Source: a virus (lineage: Duplodnaviria; Caudoviricetes). Taken from it: 35,575 nt of DNA. The translations under genes and the position numbers were made by a program. The DNA lies in IMG/VR virus record IMGVR_UViG_3300032274_000028, positions 1-35,575 of that record; one strand, written 5' to 3'. This document shows positions 8,714-18,766 of this stretch, piece by piece (the stretch's first letter is position 1; every line of letters starts with the position of its first letter). The notes below the pieces were generated by a model. The model searched no databases, was not told the DNA's origin, and was given only the letters and a program-made list of their open reading frames with translations.

Positions 8714-9148
8714 ATGGCACTCGTCAAGACCGTGGTTGCACCGCGCCTGGTTCAGTATTCATTCGTTGTGGGGTTCGCTGAACTCAACGCAGCCGCGACC
8801 ACACAGGCGATCGTGCTCAAGGTGATGGGCGACGAGGACATGCAGGTCGTAGGATCCTCGTGGGAACTCATCATCCCGTTCGCTGATGCGGGGTCGATCT
8901 CCGCAGTGGGCGTCACAGTTGGCGACGGATCCGACGTAGACGCGTACGGCGCCATCGCTGACGTGTTCACCACGGCGGGCACGTACGCTGGCGCTGGTGC
9001 TGCTCTCGGCACGAAGGCTGCTGGCGTGAGCCTGACCGCCACGTTCACCGCCACAGGCGCCAACTTCGGAGACGGCGCGACGTCCGACCTCGATGCCGGT
9101 AGCGTCTGCTTCACCGTGCTGGTGTTGCGCCACCTCAAGGTCAGCTAA
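8714..9148 (+). CDS. head decoration/cement protein (putative)
   Basis: Small Ala/Gly/Thr-rich beta protein with VTVGDGSDVDAY motif typical of genes near capsid genes. Confidence 0.6.
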   Translation: MALVKTVVAPRLVQYSFVVGFAELNAAATTQAIVLKVMGDEDMQVVGSSWELIIPFADAGSISAVGVTVGDGSDVDAYGAIADVFTTAGTYAGAGAALGTKAAGVSLTATFTATGANFGDGATSDLDAGSVCFTVLVLRHLKVS

Positions 9149-9909
9149 TGCCAGTCGTCCGCACCATCTACCGCCCAGCAGTCGACACCCACGACGAGGT
9201 GTCTCTTACGGCTGGCGGGACGCTCTGCTACCCCGTGCGCGACTCGGCTGATGCTGTGGTTGCCGCTACGGAGACGGGTTCGAGCATGGTGGTGTTGGAC
9301 GCTGCGGGCAAGGTGCTCATCACCAAGGCGGTGACCACGAGCGCCACACTGACCGCTACGGCTGCGCTGACGCCCGCCGAGATGGCAGCGGCCGGCCTGA
9401 CGTACGGCTATTGCTACCGCACGCGCTGGACGCTGGTGCTGGCCACCGACACCGAGGTCTTCGACAACCTGCTAGGCATCGTGCGGGTCCCGTTCCCGTA
9501 CAGCCCGCTGCGGGTGGCAGACCTCACCGACCTACACCACGGGCTGAGCACGTGGATTGAGGGCTCCGGCGCTACGCTGGGCTCGTGGATTGATCGTGGG
9601 TGGCAGAAGTGTACGCGCTGGCTGCGCCTGCAAGAGCACCGGCCATCGGCGATCATCTCGCCTGCCGACGTCAAGGACCTGGCGTCAGCATGGACGCTCG
9701 AGTTGATCATGCTCGACCTGTCCACCGGGCGCACGGACTCCCCGTTCATGGTCATGGCGGAGCACTACGTCAGCGAGCGCAAGGCCGCGCAGGCGTCGCT
9801 CGTGTTCACCGCCGACGTGGACCAAGACGACACGGTCGACGGCGACCAAGCGGGCACCCCGCCGTTCTTCATGAGCCGCGTGGGCGGCTACCGCTATCGG
9901 ACGCTCTGA
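9148..9909 (+). CDS. head-tail adaptor-like protein (putative)
   Basis: Synteny; beta N-domain plus helical C-domain; TAATG coupling. Confidence 0.55.
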   Translation: MPVVRTIYRPAVDTHDEVSLTAGGTLCYPVRDSADAVVAATETGSSMVVLDAAGKVLITKAVTTSATLTATAALTPAEMAAAGLTYGYCYRTRWTLVLATDTEVFDNLLGIVRVPFPYSPLRVADLTDLHHGLSTWIEGSGATLGSWIDRGWQKCTRWLRLQEHRPSAIISPADVKDLASAWTLELIMLDLSTGRTDSPFMVMAEHYVSERKAAQASLVFTADVDQDDTVDGDQAGTPPFFMSRVGGYRYRTL

Positions 9910-10403
9910 TGGCAGACTTCCAGACACCTGGGCAGGTACGTCAGGCGCTCACCACCCGCTTGGCGGCGCTCGCGCCTCTGGCCAGCTACCGACAGCTACC
10001 GGCTGCGGACGCTGCATGGCGGGAGGTCTACGGCATCGGCACGGACCGTCTGCCCAACGCGCCCAGCATCCGCTCTCACCTGTCGTTCTTCTTTGACGAC
10101 AGCGACGGCGGGCGGGGCACAAACAGGCGCAACCAAGCCGAGGGCTACGCCATCGACGCGCCTATGGTGCTGCGGTTCCTGTTCCGCATTCGCCCAAACG
10201 ACCAGCCCGACGACTGGGACGCATCCGGCACGGCTGCCCTGCACGCTGTGCAGGACCTCATGACATGGGCTGCCACGTCGGACGACGTGAACCTGTACCC
10301 GGACGACACGGACCTCATCCTGAGGTTCGCGGAAGATGAAGATCACTGGCTACTCGTGGAGGTGAACCTTCGGGTCACGTACACGATGGCGCTCACTCTG
10401 TAG
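9909..10403 (+). CDS. tail terminator/neck protein (putative)
   Basis: TGATG coupling; 164 aa directly before tail tube gene; N-terminal helix VRQALTTRLAAL. Confidence 0.55.
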   Translation: MADFQTPGQVRQALTTRLAALAPLASYRQLPAADAAWREVYGIGTDRLPNAPSIRSHLSFFFDDSDGGRGTNRRNQAEGYAIDAPMVLRFLFRIRPNDQPDDWDASGTAALHAVQDLMTWAATSDDVNLYPDDTDLILRFAEDEDHWLLVEVNLRVTYTMALTL

Positions 10404-10412
10404 GAGGGCACA

Positions 10413-10901
10413 ATGGCCCCAGCACTCCAGAACGCCGGTATGGGCGCTCTCTCGTTTTCCGATGCGACCGGCACCCCGATCGTGGCCATCTTCACCCCGA
10501 CCGAGGGCGACTTCAGCCTCTCCGGCTTGGAAGAGGGCGGCTACCAGACCGAGCTCGTGGCCAACCGAGGCGCATGGTACGAGCGCGTGAAGACCACCGA
10601 GAAGGAGTACAGCGGCAGCATCACCTTGCACATGGATGGCGACTTCACGGACGCCACGACCAAGCAGGTGCTTGACGCGGTGCTCAAGACGGGCGCATTC
10701 TCCGCAGGCGTCACCGACGAGGCCGGTGGTGTGACCTGGACGGGTGAGATGGCTTGGACCATCACCCGCAACTCTGTGGTCAACACGGCGACGCTCCCCC
10801 AGTGCCGCCTGTCGGCTGACCTGTCGGAATCGTTCCCGGTCAACAGCATCACCATCAACTTCACCTGCCCCGGCTCCAACTGCACCTTCACGACGGCGTG
10901 A
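10413..10901 (+). CDS. major tail tube protein (putative)
   Basis: 162 aa Thr/Ser/Gly-rich beta protein upstream of tape measure; RBS AGGAGG. Confidence 0.7.
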   Translation: MAPALQNAGMGALSFSDATGTPIVAIFTPTEGDFSLSGLEEGGYQTELVANRGAWYERVKTTEKEYSGSITLHMDGDFTDATTKQVLDAVLKTGAFSAGVTDEAGGVTWTGEMAWTITRNSVVNTATLPQCRLSADLSESFPVNSITINFTCPGSNCTFTTA

Positions 10902-10925
10902 TAGCTTGAGTGCGGAGGTGTGATC

Positions 10926-11306
10926 GTGGCTGAAGAAATCATCAAGGGTGTTGCGTCGGTGAGTGCTGTGTCTTTGGACGGGGGTCTGCCCGCTGGCTAC
11001 GCGTGGGACCCTAAGTACCTGCCGCACCACAAGGTGCCGGTCAAGATTGGCAGCGGTGCAGAGCGCCCCGTGCCGCGCGTGGAGGTGCCCGCCAAGCCCG
11101 TCGGGCTCACCCCGCTACAAGCCGAGGCTATCGACGCGCTAGCCGTTGCGCTCATGAGCGTTCAGGCCGCCGGCATGGGCATCACTGACGCTATGGAGCA
11201 CGCGACCAGCCGCATGGCGCTTGCCACCACCAACGTACGCGAACTAGGCCCCGTTGAGCGGGCGTTCCTCACACTGGCGGTGACAAATGGGAATGCCCAA
11301 GAGTGA
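10926..11306 (+). CDS. hypothetical protein (possible tail assembly chaperone)
   Basis: Position after tail tube; GGAGGT RBS and GTG start. Confidence 0.5.
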   Translation: MAEEIIKGVASVSAVSLDGGLPAGYAWDPKYLPHHKVPVKIGSGAERPVPRVEVPAKPVGLTPLQAEAIDALAVALMSVQAAGMGITDAMEHATSRMALATTNVRELGPVERAFLTLAVTNGNAQE

Positions 11307-11799
11307 GGAGTTCTGGCGCCTATCTGGACGCACAGCCAACAAGGCGCAGAACCGCAACTGGCGGCGTGCCAAGGCTGCATGGTTCGGCGTTGACATCGGC
11401 CAGCCCGGACGGGTGCCACGCTTCCGCACCAAGCGGCGGTTCCGTGGTCCGCGCAGCACGCGGTCATGGATTGAGTTGGGCCCGGAGTTGTCTCGCCACA
11501 CCGCAGACCTCATGGAGTCGGTAGCGCCTGCGCTGACCGAGGCGTTCGACGATGAGATGGCGCCCTTTGCCACGTCGGTGCTCAACGGCTTGCAAGAGCT
11601 GTCTGGGCTAGCCGAGTCGTCTGTGCAACTGACGTACCAGACGGACGGGCGCGGCACGTTCAAGGCGCAGGTCAAGATCGCGGCCCCCTACGCACTGTAC
11701 ATCCCCGGCTCACCGGGCAACAAGCTGGTGTTCAACAAGGCCAACGCGCTCGCTAGGCGCATTCGGGATCGTGCTCTCGATGAACTGGCAGAGGTGTAG
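11293..11799 (+). CDS. neck/tail completion protein (HK97 gp10-like, putative)
   Basis: Basic protein with SGLAESS...APYALYI pattern resembling gp10-like TG.L..S...a.YA.y motif. Confidence 0.5.
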   Translation: MPKSEEFWRLSGRTANKAQNRNWRRAKAAWFGVDIGQPGRVPRFRTKRRFRGPRSTRSWIELGPELSRHTADLMESVAPALTEAFDDEMAPFATSVLNGLQELSGLAESSVQLTYQTDGRGTFKAQVKIAAPYALYIPGSPGNKLVFNKANALARRIRDRALDELAEV

Positions 11800-11801
11800 G
11801 C

Positions 11802-11969
11802 ATGGCCAAGACGACCATCATTATCGACGGGCCTGGCTACGACCTGCGCGAGTTCGCGCGGCAGCTACGCGCCATCCCGCCAATGAGCAAGCACGACAGC
11901 GATAGGTCCGTGGAACGGTTCCGGCGCGAACTGGCAAGGTCTAAGGCCCGCACCAAGGGTAGGGGGTAG
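11802..11969 (+). CDS. small basic hypothetical protein (55 aa; not in ORF track)
   Basis: MAKTTIIIDGPGYDLREFARQLRAIPP...; GAGGT RBS; fills the gap exactly. Confidence 0.6.
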   Translation: MAKTTIIIDGPGYDLREFARQLRAIPPMSKHDSDRSVERFRRELARSKARTKGRG

Positions 11970-11971
11970 GC

Positions 11972-13774
11972 ATGGCCAAAAAAGACGTCGTACTCAACAT
12001 CATCGCGAAGACAGATGAGTTCGAGCGCAAGCTACGTGAGACCGGGCGCTACACGGAGAAGCAAGCGCAGGTCATGGGCCGCAAGTGGGAGCGGGCGCTA
12101 GTCGACTCGCAGATCAAGGCCGGCAAGGCTGCGCAGAAGTCCGCTAGCACCGCGAAGATTGCATGGGGCTCCGCGCTGGGCGTGCTGTCCGCTGGCGCCA
12201 TCAAGCAGGCTGCGGCCGAGTTGCTGGCGTTCACGCAGGACATGGCGGACTATCGCAACGAGATATCCGACGCTGCGGTCAGAACAGGTCTAGCCGCCGA
12301 GAGCATCGCGGGCCTGCGCCTCGCTGCGAAGGGGTCCGGCCTCGGACTGCAAGAGCTGAACGGCGCGCTGCTCAAGTTCAGCAAGATGGGCGGTGACGCG
12401 AACGAGAACCTAGACGACTTCCTCGTCAAGCTGGACACGTTTGAGACCGCGTCAGAAAAGGCGGCGTTTGCGTCCAAGACCCTCGGCGAAGAGACGGGCC
12501 CGAAGCTGCTGCAAGCGCTGGGCGGGTCCGGCGAGGCGCTCAAGAAGTTCACCGAGTTTGCCCGCGACTACGGAACCGATGTGGGGCCCAAGGCTTCCGA
12601 CGAGGCGGGCCGATACCAACGCATGATGGCGGCTCTTGAAGAGCAACTGAAGGGCACAGCGGCCGAACTGGTCGGGTTCAACAACATCACCGACACGACG
12701 ATCGCGACCATGACGGCGATCGGCGCTCTCGGTATCCGGGTGGCCGGGATCGTCGACACCATGGGCGAGTCCTTCCGGGTCGGAGCGCTCGGGTGGCAGT
12801 TGATCGGCACGACGGCATCGGCCGCCACTGCGCTGATGATGGGCAACGAGGAAGCCGCCCGGTCTGTCATGCGCGCCATGACGGAGTTCGGCAAGGCGCA
12901 GCAGGACCTTGTCACCGGGTCTCGGTTCACCGAGTTCGTAGAGACCGGAGACGCCGCGCTGAGCAGGTGGCGCGCGTCCATCAAGGGTGTGATTGAGACG
13001 TCCGCGACAGGCGGCGGAGGCGGTGGTCTTGAAGAGGTAGCCCAGGGCGTTGAGGCGATAGGCATCGGCGCGCAGTTCTCTGCGTCGGAGTTGGAGAAGC
13101 TGTTCGGCGCCGAGGCGAAGTGGCTGGCTGACAACAAGAAGCTGCGTGATGAGATCCGCGATGACGACGTCAAGCAGGATGAGGACTGGGCAGAGGCCGA
13201 AAAGAAGAGGAAGGAAGAGGAACTAGAACGCGAAAGGGCGTTGACGGCGGCAAAGTTCGACCTGGCCCACGCCTTCGCCGATGGCGCTGTTGCGATTACG
13301 AACGCGCTCACCGCCAAGACCATCGAGGGGCAGCGCCGCATTGCCATCGCCCAGAAGGCTGCGGCCCTGTTCTCCATCGGCGTCAGCACCGCCGAGGCCA
13401 TCATGTCAGCGCTCACGCTGCCTCCGCCTGCGTCGTTCGTGGCGGCCGCGGCCGTTGGTGTGGCTGGCGCTGTGCAAGCCGGCATCGTGGCGTCCAAGCC
13501 CCTGCCGAAGCTGCACAACGGTGGCGAGGTCAACGCCACGCTCTTGCAGGGTGAGGGCGTCATCAACCGCCGCGCCATGCAGCAAATAGGCCCGCAAGCG
13601 CTGGACGCCATCAACAACGGAACGGGCGGCGTGCCGCAAGGCCCAGTGCAGGCCATGGTCGCGCTCAACGACAGGCTCGTGGACCGGCTGGGCGTTCGCA
13701 TGATGCGCATGGACGGCGGGGCCTCACGCATGATGCGGGGCGGGGCGGTAGCAACGCGGGCGCCTTATAGGTAG
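11972..13774 (+). CDS. tail tape measure protein
   Basis: 600 aa Ala-rich helical protein; typical N-terminus (VVLNIIAKTDEF) and C-terminal LPKLHNGG...GEGVI motif. Confidence 0.85.
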   Translation: MAKKDVVLNIIAKTDEFERKLRETGRYTEKQAQVMGRKWERALVDSQIKAGKAAQKSASTAKIAWGSALGVLSAGAIKQAAAELLAFTQDMADYRNEISDAAVRTGLAAESIAGLRLAAKGSGLGLQELNGALLKFSKMGGDANENLDDFLVKLDTFETASEKAAFASKTLGEETGPKLLQALGGSGEALKKFTEFARDYGTDVGPKASDEAGRYQRMMAALEEQLKGTAAELVGFNNITDTTIATMTAIGALGIRVAGIVDTMGESFRVGALGWQLIGTTASAATALMMGNEEAARSVMRAMTEFGKAQQDLVTGSRFTEFVETGDAALSRWRASIKGVIETSATGGGGGGLEEVAQGVEAIGIGAQFSASELEKLFGAEAKWLADNKKLRDEIRDDDVKQDEDWAEAEKKRKEEELERERALTAAKFDLAHAFADGAVAITNALTAKTIEGQRRIAIAQKAAALFSIGVSTAEAIMSALTLPPPASFVAAAAVGVAGAVQAGIVASKPLPKLHNGGEVNATLLQGEGVINRRAMQQIGPQALDAINNGTGGVPQGPVQAMVALNDRLVDRLGVRMMRMDGGASRMMRGGAVATRAPYR

Positions 13775-13789
13775 CCAACGGAGGAATGC

Positions 13790-16700
13790 ATGGGCAGCCG
13801 CATCACAAACGACCTGATTGGCATCCGAGGCTTCGGCCGGAATGATGACGGGTTCACCTCCGCCAACATCGACACCACGACCGCCACGTTTACCGAGGCG
13901 TCACCGGTGCCAGGCATCCCGTCTACGACGTCGAGGCTGCGCACGTCTGTCGCTGGCGGGCAGTCCGTCGACATCGACACCCGGGTGCAACTCTCCGGCC
14001 TACCCGGGCGCGGCACCGGCACCGAGGTAGCCTACCGCCCGTCCACCTCCACGAACGATGACGACTGGTCTGGCTGTCTGGCTCCCAACGTGCTCACCGG
14101 CTGGGAGTCGGTGGTGTGGGGCGCAGACATCCACGAGAAGCGCAGCATCACCACCCTTCCCGACTCGCAACGGCCCGCGTGCGTCTACCTCGACAAGAGC
14201 GCGGACGTGTGGATGACGGCTACCTGGGACTGGTCGGTGCGCTCGTGGGGCACGCCCATCGAGTTGTCCGGGGTTGAGACCACCGACACGCTGACCGGCA
14301 TCTACGGCGCGGTCGTGGCCATCAGCGAAACAGAGCTCATGGCCATCATCGTCGAGGGCGACACGGCATCGGAGATCACCTCACGCGTGTACCTGTCCGA
14401 TGACGCGGGCGCTACGTGGGCGCTGTCGGGTGAAGGCGCCATACCGGCCAGCAACGACTACACCACCAAGGCCGAGTGCCACTACATTCCGGAGAGCGCG
14501 GAACTGCTGCTCTACTTGGAGTACAGCGACGCGGGCGCGCAGAAGGTTGAGCAGTGGGCCTCGAGCGATCTCGGCGCCACGTGGGTGCTTGTCGATGAGA
14601 TTGAGGACGACACGAATAGCGGCTGGTGCTCGCTGGTCTTTCCCGGCCCGTCCATCTGCACCATCTACTTCGACGGCACAGACCTCGTTCGTGCACGCAT
14701 GGCCTCCGCCTTCGACAAGGTGTACGACCAAGTCAAGAGCGCAGCAATCACGGCGCTCGTGACCACCGACCTTGCAGGCTCCGTCGATGCGGACGGTGTG
14801 GGCTGGGTGCAGTTGCGGGTCGCCGAGAAGGTCTACACCTTCGCAAGCCGAGACAGCGGCGACACGTGGGAGCAGTGCACGGCGGGGCTTTGCGACAGCA
14901 CCGACAGCAGCACGTATCCGCATGGGTTCGCCTGCACGCATGCCGGTGGTATGCAGGTGGTACTACACCGCTGGGCTGCAAGTCCGGGCACGCAGGACGC
15001 GTCGGTGGGCTCGATGCTCGCGGGCGGCTGGTCGAACGTCACGACCGGCATGCAGCACCCGACGTACAGGGACCGGCTCATCGATGCGAGCGGCAGCGGC
15101 TACGCAGGACCGAACGAAGGCAGCCTCACATTCCTGCCCATCGAGCTCGCTGGCGACATCGGCGGCGTGGCCAAGAATCTGACGGGCGCGGCGACCGACA
15201 CGCTGGTCGAAGGCGGCACGACGATCGTTAGCGCCAGCACCACGAGCCTGTACTACTCGATCCCCCCGATTGCTGGCATGCCAGAATGGATTGGCGTGGT
15301 CTCGGTCGCAGCCGCACAGAGCTCGTCGTCCTACTTTGACATCGTGTGCTCAAGCGGAACCCGGCGCATCACGGCGCGAGTCTACCCGGGCAAGATCGAG
15401 GTCTTGGACAACACGACGATCAAGGACACGGTCACCATCGACACGACGAGCCCGGTGGAACTCTGGGTCATCAAGGCCGGAACCACGTCAGGCACAAGCG
15501 CCGTCTACTACCGCCGCCCAGGGGCCGTGCAGTGGACCGAGGCATGGGCTGGCGCGCTTGGGTCTGTGGCCGCATCGTTGGACCTGTGGGCATGGGGCAA
15601 GGCTTCCACCGCCTTCGCTCTGGAGTTCACCATCGGGTGGTTCTGGCTGCGCGACGCGACCAACATCAGCGCGGGTTTCGGCAACACCAAGGTGGGCACC
15701 GAGTGCAGAGGCAAGAACCTACGCGCCGTTCCCTACCCAGTCGAGGGGCTAGGCAGCGTGACGCAAGCCGGGTTCCTGCGTGCGAGCGGCGGCCCGGGTC
15801 GTGTGGGCGATACGTGCTCTGTCCCGGCTGGCCACAACTACGCCATCGAGCACCTGTTCCCCCTTGAGCACCCGTCACCGACTACCGTGTGGCGCTCCAC
15901 TGACGAGACCGAGAACCTCATACCCATCGACCCTCGCGGCGGTGTGTCGACCACGCTTGGCTCCGACTCGATGGTCGTGTACTTCGGCGCGGTCAACTTC
16001 AAGACGGCCACGATCGAGGGATGGGACGGCGCATCGTGGAACGTCATCGGAACGTGGGACGCGTCGACCGACTTCGCTGGGCTCACCGGCGTGCTCACCG
16101 GCGACGCGCTGACGCCGAACACGAGCACCACGGCAGCGGCGGCGCGGTACATCCAAGACCACGAACTAGTCGGAGGCACGGCGAAGTCCGGCGCGGTCTA
16201 CAGGGAGATCGAGCGCTGCGATGGCGGCGTGTGGAGCACGGCCACGACTCGCCACCCGGAGCTCCGGCTTGGCGGCACGGGCGGCGCGTCTGGTTCGTGG
16301 GAGTTGTGGGCACACTCGGGGATTGTGCTCATCCACGACGCGGGTAGCCACGAGAAGTACGCGGTACGCATCCCGGCACAGACGACCAAGGATGGCTACT
16401 TCGAAGCGGGCGTCATCTGGATGACCGGGCTCAAGGCTGTGGGCCGACCGTGGGAGGATACCGGGTCGGTCGACCTTCAGCCGCAGATGCTCATCACCGA
16501 GCCAGCAGCAGGCCAGCCAGGCCGGCGCACCCAGCTACGCAAGCCGGCACGCATGGTCAGCATCAGCCAGCCGAACCCGGTGCTACAGCACCACCTGCGG
16601 GGCTCGGCACCGTCGCCGGACTACGTGAGCAGCGATGCGGCCCACACAGCGCTAGCCGCACGGGATGACCTAGCCTTCGCCTTGCAGGGGCTCGTGCACT

Positions 16701-16912
16701 CGACCAAGGGCGGCGAAGAGCCCGTGCTGTTCTGCCCGAAGCTGCCGGACGCAAGCACTGCCGATGTGCATGTCATCACGGACCCTACGCTCTTCCTGTA
16801 CAGCCGCATCGTGAGCAGCGTGCAAACGGAGAGCGCGCGGGGTGAGGAGGGCGCGGCCGAACAACTGCGGGTTCAGACGGTTACGCTTGAGGAAATCACG
16901 GGGGCCTCATGA
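13790..16912 (+). CDS. large tail/baseplate protein with Asp-box (BNR) repeats
   Basis: 1040 aa after TMP; Asp-boxes SDDAGATW, SSDLGATW, SRDSGDTW. Confidence 0.75.
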   Translation: MGSRITNDLIGIRGFGRNDDGFTSANIDTTTATFTEASPVPGIPSTTSRLRTSVAGGQSVDIDTRVQLSGLPGRGTGTEVAYRPSTSTNDDDWSGCLAPNVLTGWESVVWGADIHEKRSITTLPDSQRPACVYLDKSADVWMTATWDWSVRSWGTPIELSGVETTDTLTGIYGAVVAISETELMAIIVEGDTASEITSRVYLSDDAGATWALSGEGAIPASNDYTTKAECHYIPESAELLLYLEYSDAGAQKVEQWASSDLGATWVLVDEIEDDTNSGWCSLVFPGPSICTIYFDGTDLVRARMASAFDKVYDQVKSAAITALVTTDLAGSVDADGVGWVQLRVAEKVYTFASRDSGDTWEQCTAGLCDSTDSSTYPHGFACTHAGGMQVVLHRWAASPGTQDASVGSMLAGGWSNVTTGMQHPTYRDRLIDASGSGYAGPNEGSLTFLPIELAGDIGGVAKNLTGAATDTLVEGGTTIVSASTTSLYYSIPPIAGMPEWIGVVSVAAAQSSSSYFDIVCSSGTRRITARVYPGKIEVLDNTTIKDTVTIDTTSPVELWVIKAGTTSGTSAVYYRRPGAVQWTEAWAGALGSVAASLDLWAWGKASTAFALEFTIGWFWLRDATNISAGFGNTKVGTECRGKNLRAVPYPVEGLGSVTQAGFLRASGGPGRVGDTCSVPAGHNYAIEHLFPLEHPSPTTVWRSTDETENLIPIDPRGGVSTTLGSDSMVVYFGAVNFKTATIEGWDGASWNVIGTWDASTDFAGLTGVLTGDALTPNTSTTAAAARYIQDHELVGGTAKSGAVYREIERCDGGVWSTATTRHPELRLGGTGGASGSWELWAHSGIVLIHDAGSHEKYAVRIPAQTTKDGYFEAGVIWMTGLKAVGRPWEDTGSVDLQPQMLITEPAAGQPGRRTQLRKPARMVSISQPNPVLQHHLRGSAPSPDYVSSDAAHTALAARDDLAFALQGLVHSTKGGEEPVLFCPKLPDASTADVHVITDPTLFLYSRIVSSVQTESARGEEGAAEQLRVQTVTLEEITGAS

Positions 16913-17049
16913 CAGACAAGAATCCGACTAAGCCGATGGTTGTGACCTATGAGCAGGGAGACCTAACCCTGTCATACCGCACTCCAGAACAGCGCAAACA
17001 GGACGCGGAGGCCCGCAGGAAAGCGCGGCACACGGTGAAGCGGGCATGA
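16909..17049 (+). CDS. small hypothetical protein (46 aa; not in ORF track)
   Basis: ATGA overlaps at both ends couple it to flanking tail genes. Confidence 0.55.
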   Translation: MTDKNPTKPMVVTYEQGDLTLSYRTPEQRKQDAEARRKARHTVKRA

Positions 17050-18701
17050 TCGTCTGGCTGCTGGACCTCGACCTAGGCGGCACGGTGTTTCGCTACGCCA
17101 CCGCCGAGGCGTCCGTAGTGGATGGCGGCACCACGCTGGTCTACCGCTCCGGCCTGTCGCAGCCTGTCGTTGACATGACCGTAGACGGCCCATCCGGTCG
17201 GTCGGTCGCGCTGGAAGTCTCCGGCTTGCCCATCGGCTACGCGTCATGGCCAGAGGTGCCGCACATTCGACAGATGCTTGAGGAGGGCACGGCGACGCTC
17301 AGGCGCTGGCGCGAGGGCGAGACGCTGTCACAGGCGCAGACGCTAGCCCGGGGCTCGTGCTCCATGCCCAGCCTGCAACGCGGGGCGGAGTCGCTGGTGA
17401 TCTCCATCGAGTCGCCGCCGTGGCAAGACGGCACCCGCATCATCCCGACCACGTCGATGGTGAGCAGGGAGACCTACCCGACACCGACAGCGAAGACCGG
17501 GTCGGAGGCTGTGCCTGACCAAATGATCGTAGGCAGCTACCCGCCCGTCGTCATCGGCACCCCGGGCGACGTGCGGAGCATCGAGTGGGCAGGGGTCGCA
17601 CCGAGTGACCAGAGCGTGCAAGGCCCACCGTCGTTCCCCACATCGAGGGTGAGCAAGTGGGCAGAGCTCGGCGAGGGCTCACCGGCGCTCAAGGTCGAGA
17701 CGAACGTGGGTGTGTGGTCGTGGTGGGACCGGCTAGCCATCGCCTCGCACCCAGTGGCAGCGTCCAGCGTCATCATCTGGGACCAGTCCGACGAGCGTTG
17801 GGACCTGTTCCCGGTGCAGCACGAGGTCAACGCGCTGGGCGACACGTTCGCGTTCGTTGACTCGACAAGCCTGTCGGGCATGTGGGTGCGCGCGTGGATG
17901 GTCGGTCACGAATTCTGGACGGTGTGGCTCAGCGACTACGGTGGTGGGTTGGTGTCCGACAAGGGCGGCACGATGACCGGGCTGGGCGAGGTGCTGAAGT
18001 GGATGCTGGCCAAGATGAGCGCACCGGTGGCGCTGTCGGCACAGCAGGGTGAGCGCGGGGAGCTCGACGAGTACAAAATCCACGCCTTCATCAACACGGA
18101 CATCACCGTGTGGGAGTGGATATCCGCCGAGGTGATGGAACTCTTCCCCGTCCGGTGGGTGGAGGTCGACGGCGGCGGCTACCTGCGGCACTGGGACCTG
18201 TCGCCAGGCGCGCAGCCGGTGGCGCACATCGACTGCGACACGCAGGGCGTTGACATCGTGTCTGACCTGCTGTGCGACAACGAAGACGTGCGGAACTACC
18301 TGACCCTTCGCTACGCCTACGGCCCGAGCGGGGTGCACAAGTCGCTCACCCTCGCTGCGGAGGCTGGGCCATCTGGGTCGACGGTGCGGGCCAACCTGCT
18401 CTGCCAGCGTTCAGAAGCCCGCTACGGCCGCCGCGCGTACACGTGGGAGTCACGGCTAGTCGCAGACGACGCAACGGCTGCACGTATGCTGTACGCGCTC
18501 GCACGAGAGCACGCGCTAGGCCGGTGGTCAGTCATCGTGGAGGACCCGGAGAGCGCGTATCTGGAGCACATGATTCCGGGCGACCGTGTGTCGTTGACAT
18601 CGTCAGCGTTCGGCCTGACTGCCCAGCCGTGCATCGTGGTCGGCCCCGTGTACGATGGGGTGAGCACGCGCGTGATGCTGCGACTGATTGAAGAGGACTA
18701 G
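17046..18701 (+). CDS. tail tip/hub protein (putative)
   Basis: 551 aa, last gene of tail module; C-terminal SEARYGRR...PGDRVSL pattern typical of hub proteins. Confidence 0.7.
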   Translation: MIVWLLDLDLGGTVFRYATAEASVVDGGTTLVYRSGLSQPVVDMTVDGPSGRSVALEVSGLPIGYASWPEVPHIRQMLEEGTATLRRWREGETLSQAQTLARGSCSMPSLQRGAESLVISIESPPWQDGTRIIPTTSMVSRETYPTPTAKTGSEAVPDQMIVGSYPPVVIGTPGDVRSIEWAGVAPSDQSVQGPPSFPTSRVSKWAELGEGSPALKVETNVGVWSWWDRLAIASHPVAASSVIIWDQSDERWDLFPVQHEVNALGDTFAFVDSTSLSGMWVRAWMVGHEFWTVWLSDYGGGLVSDKGGTMTGLGEVLKWMLAKMSAPVALSAQQGERGELDEYKIHAFINTDITVWEWISAEVMELFPVRWVEVDGGGYLRHWDLSPGAQPVAHIDCDTQGVDIVSDLLCDNEDVRNYLTLRYAYGPSGVHKSLTLAAEAGPSGSTVRANLLCQRSEARYGRRAYTWESRLVADDATAARMLYALAREHALGRWSVIVEDPESAYLEHMIPGDRVSLTSSAFGLTAQPCIVVGPVYDGVSTRVMLRLIEED

Positions 18702-18766
18702 CCGGCGGGTTACGCTGTCGGGCAGACTGCCACATGGGGCGTGCACGCCCCGGTAGATCTGCAAGC

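Noticed and set aside
10926-11969. Programmed -1 frameshift for a tail chaperone pair
   Set aside because: No convincing XXXYYYZ slippery heptamer seen near the ORF ends
12568-13731. Long antisense ORFs over TMP, capsid, DnaB and other genes
   Set aside because: Typical high-GC shadow ORFs with no RBS or motifs
793-17600. KOPS-like GGGNAGGG sites as FtsK-gamma targets
   Set aside because: Only a handful spotted by eye, on both strands; not distinguishable from chance in GC-rich DNA without counting
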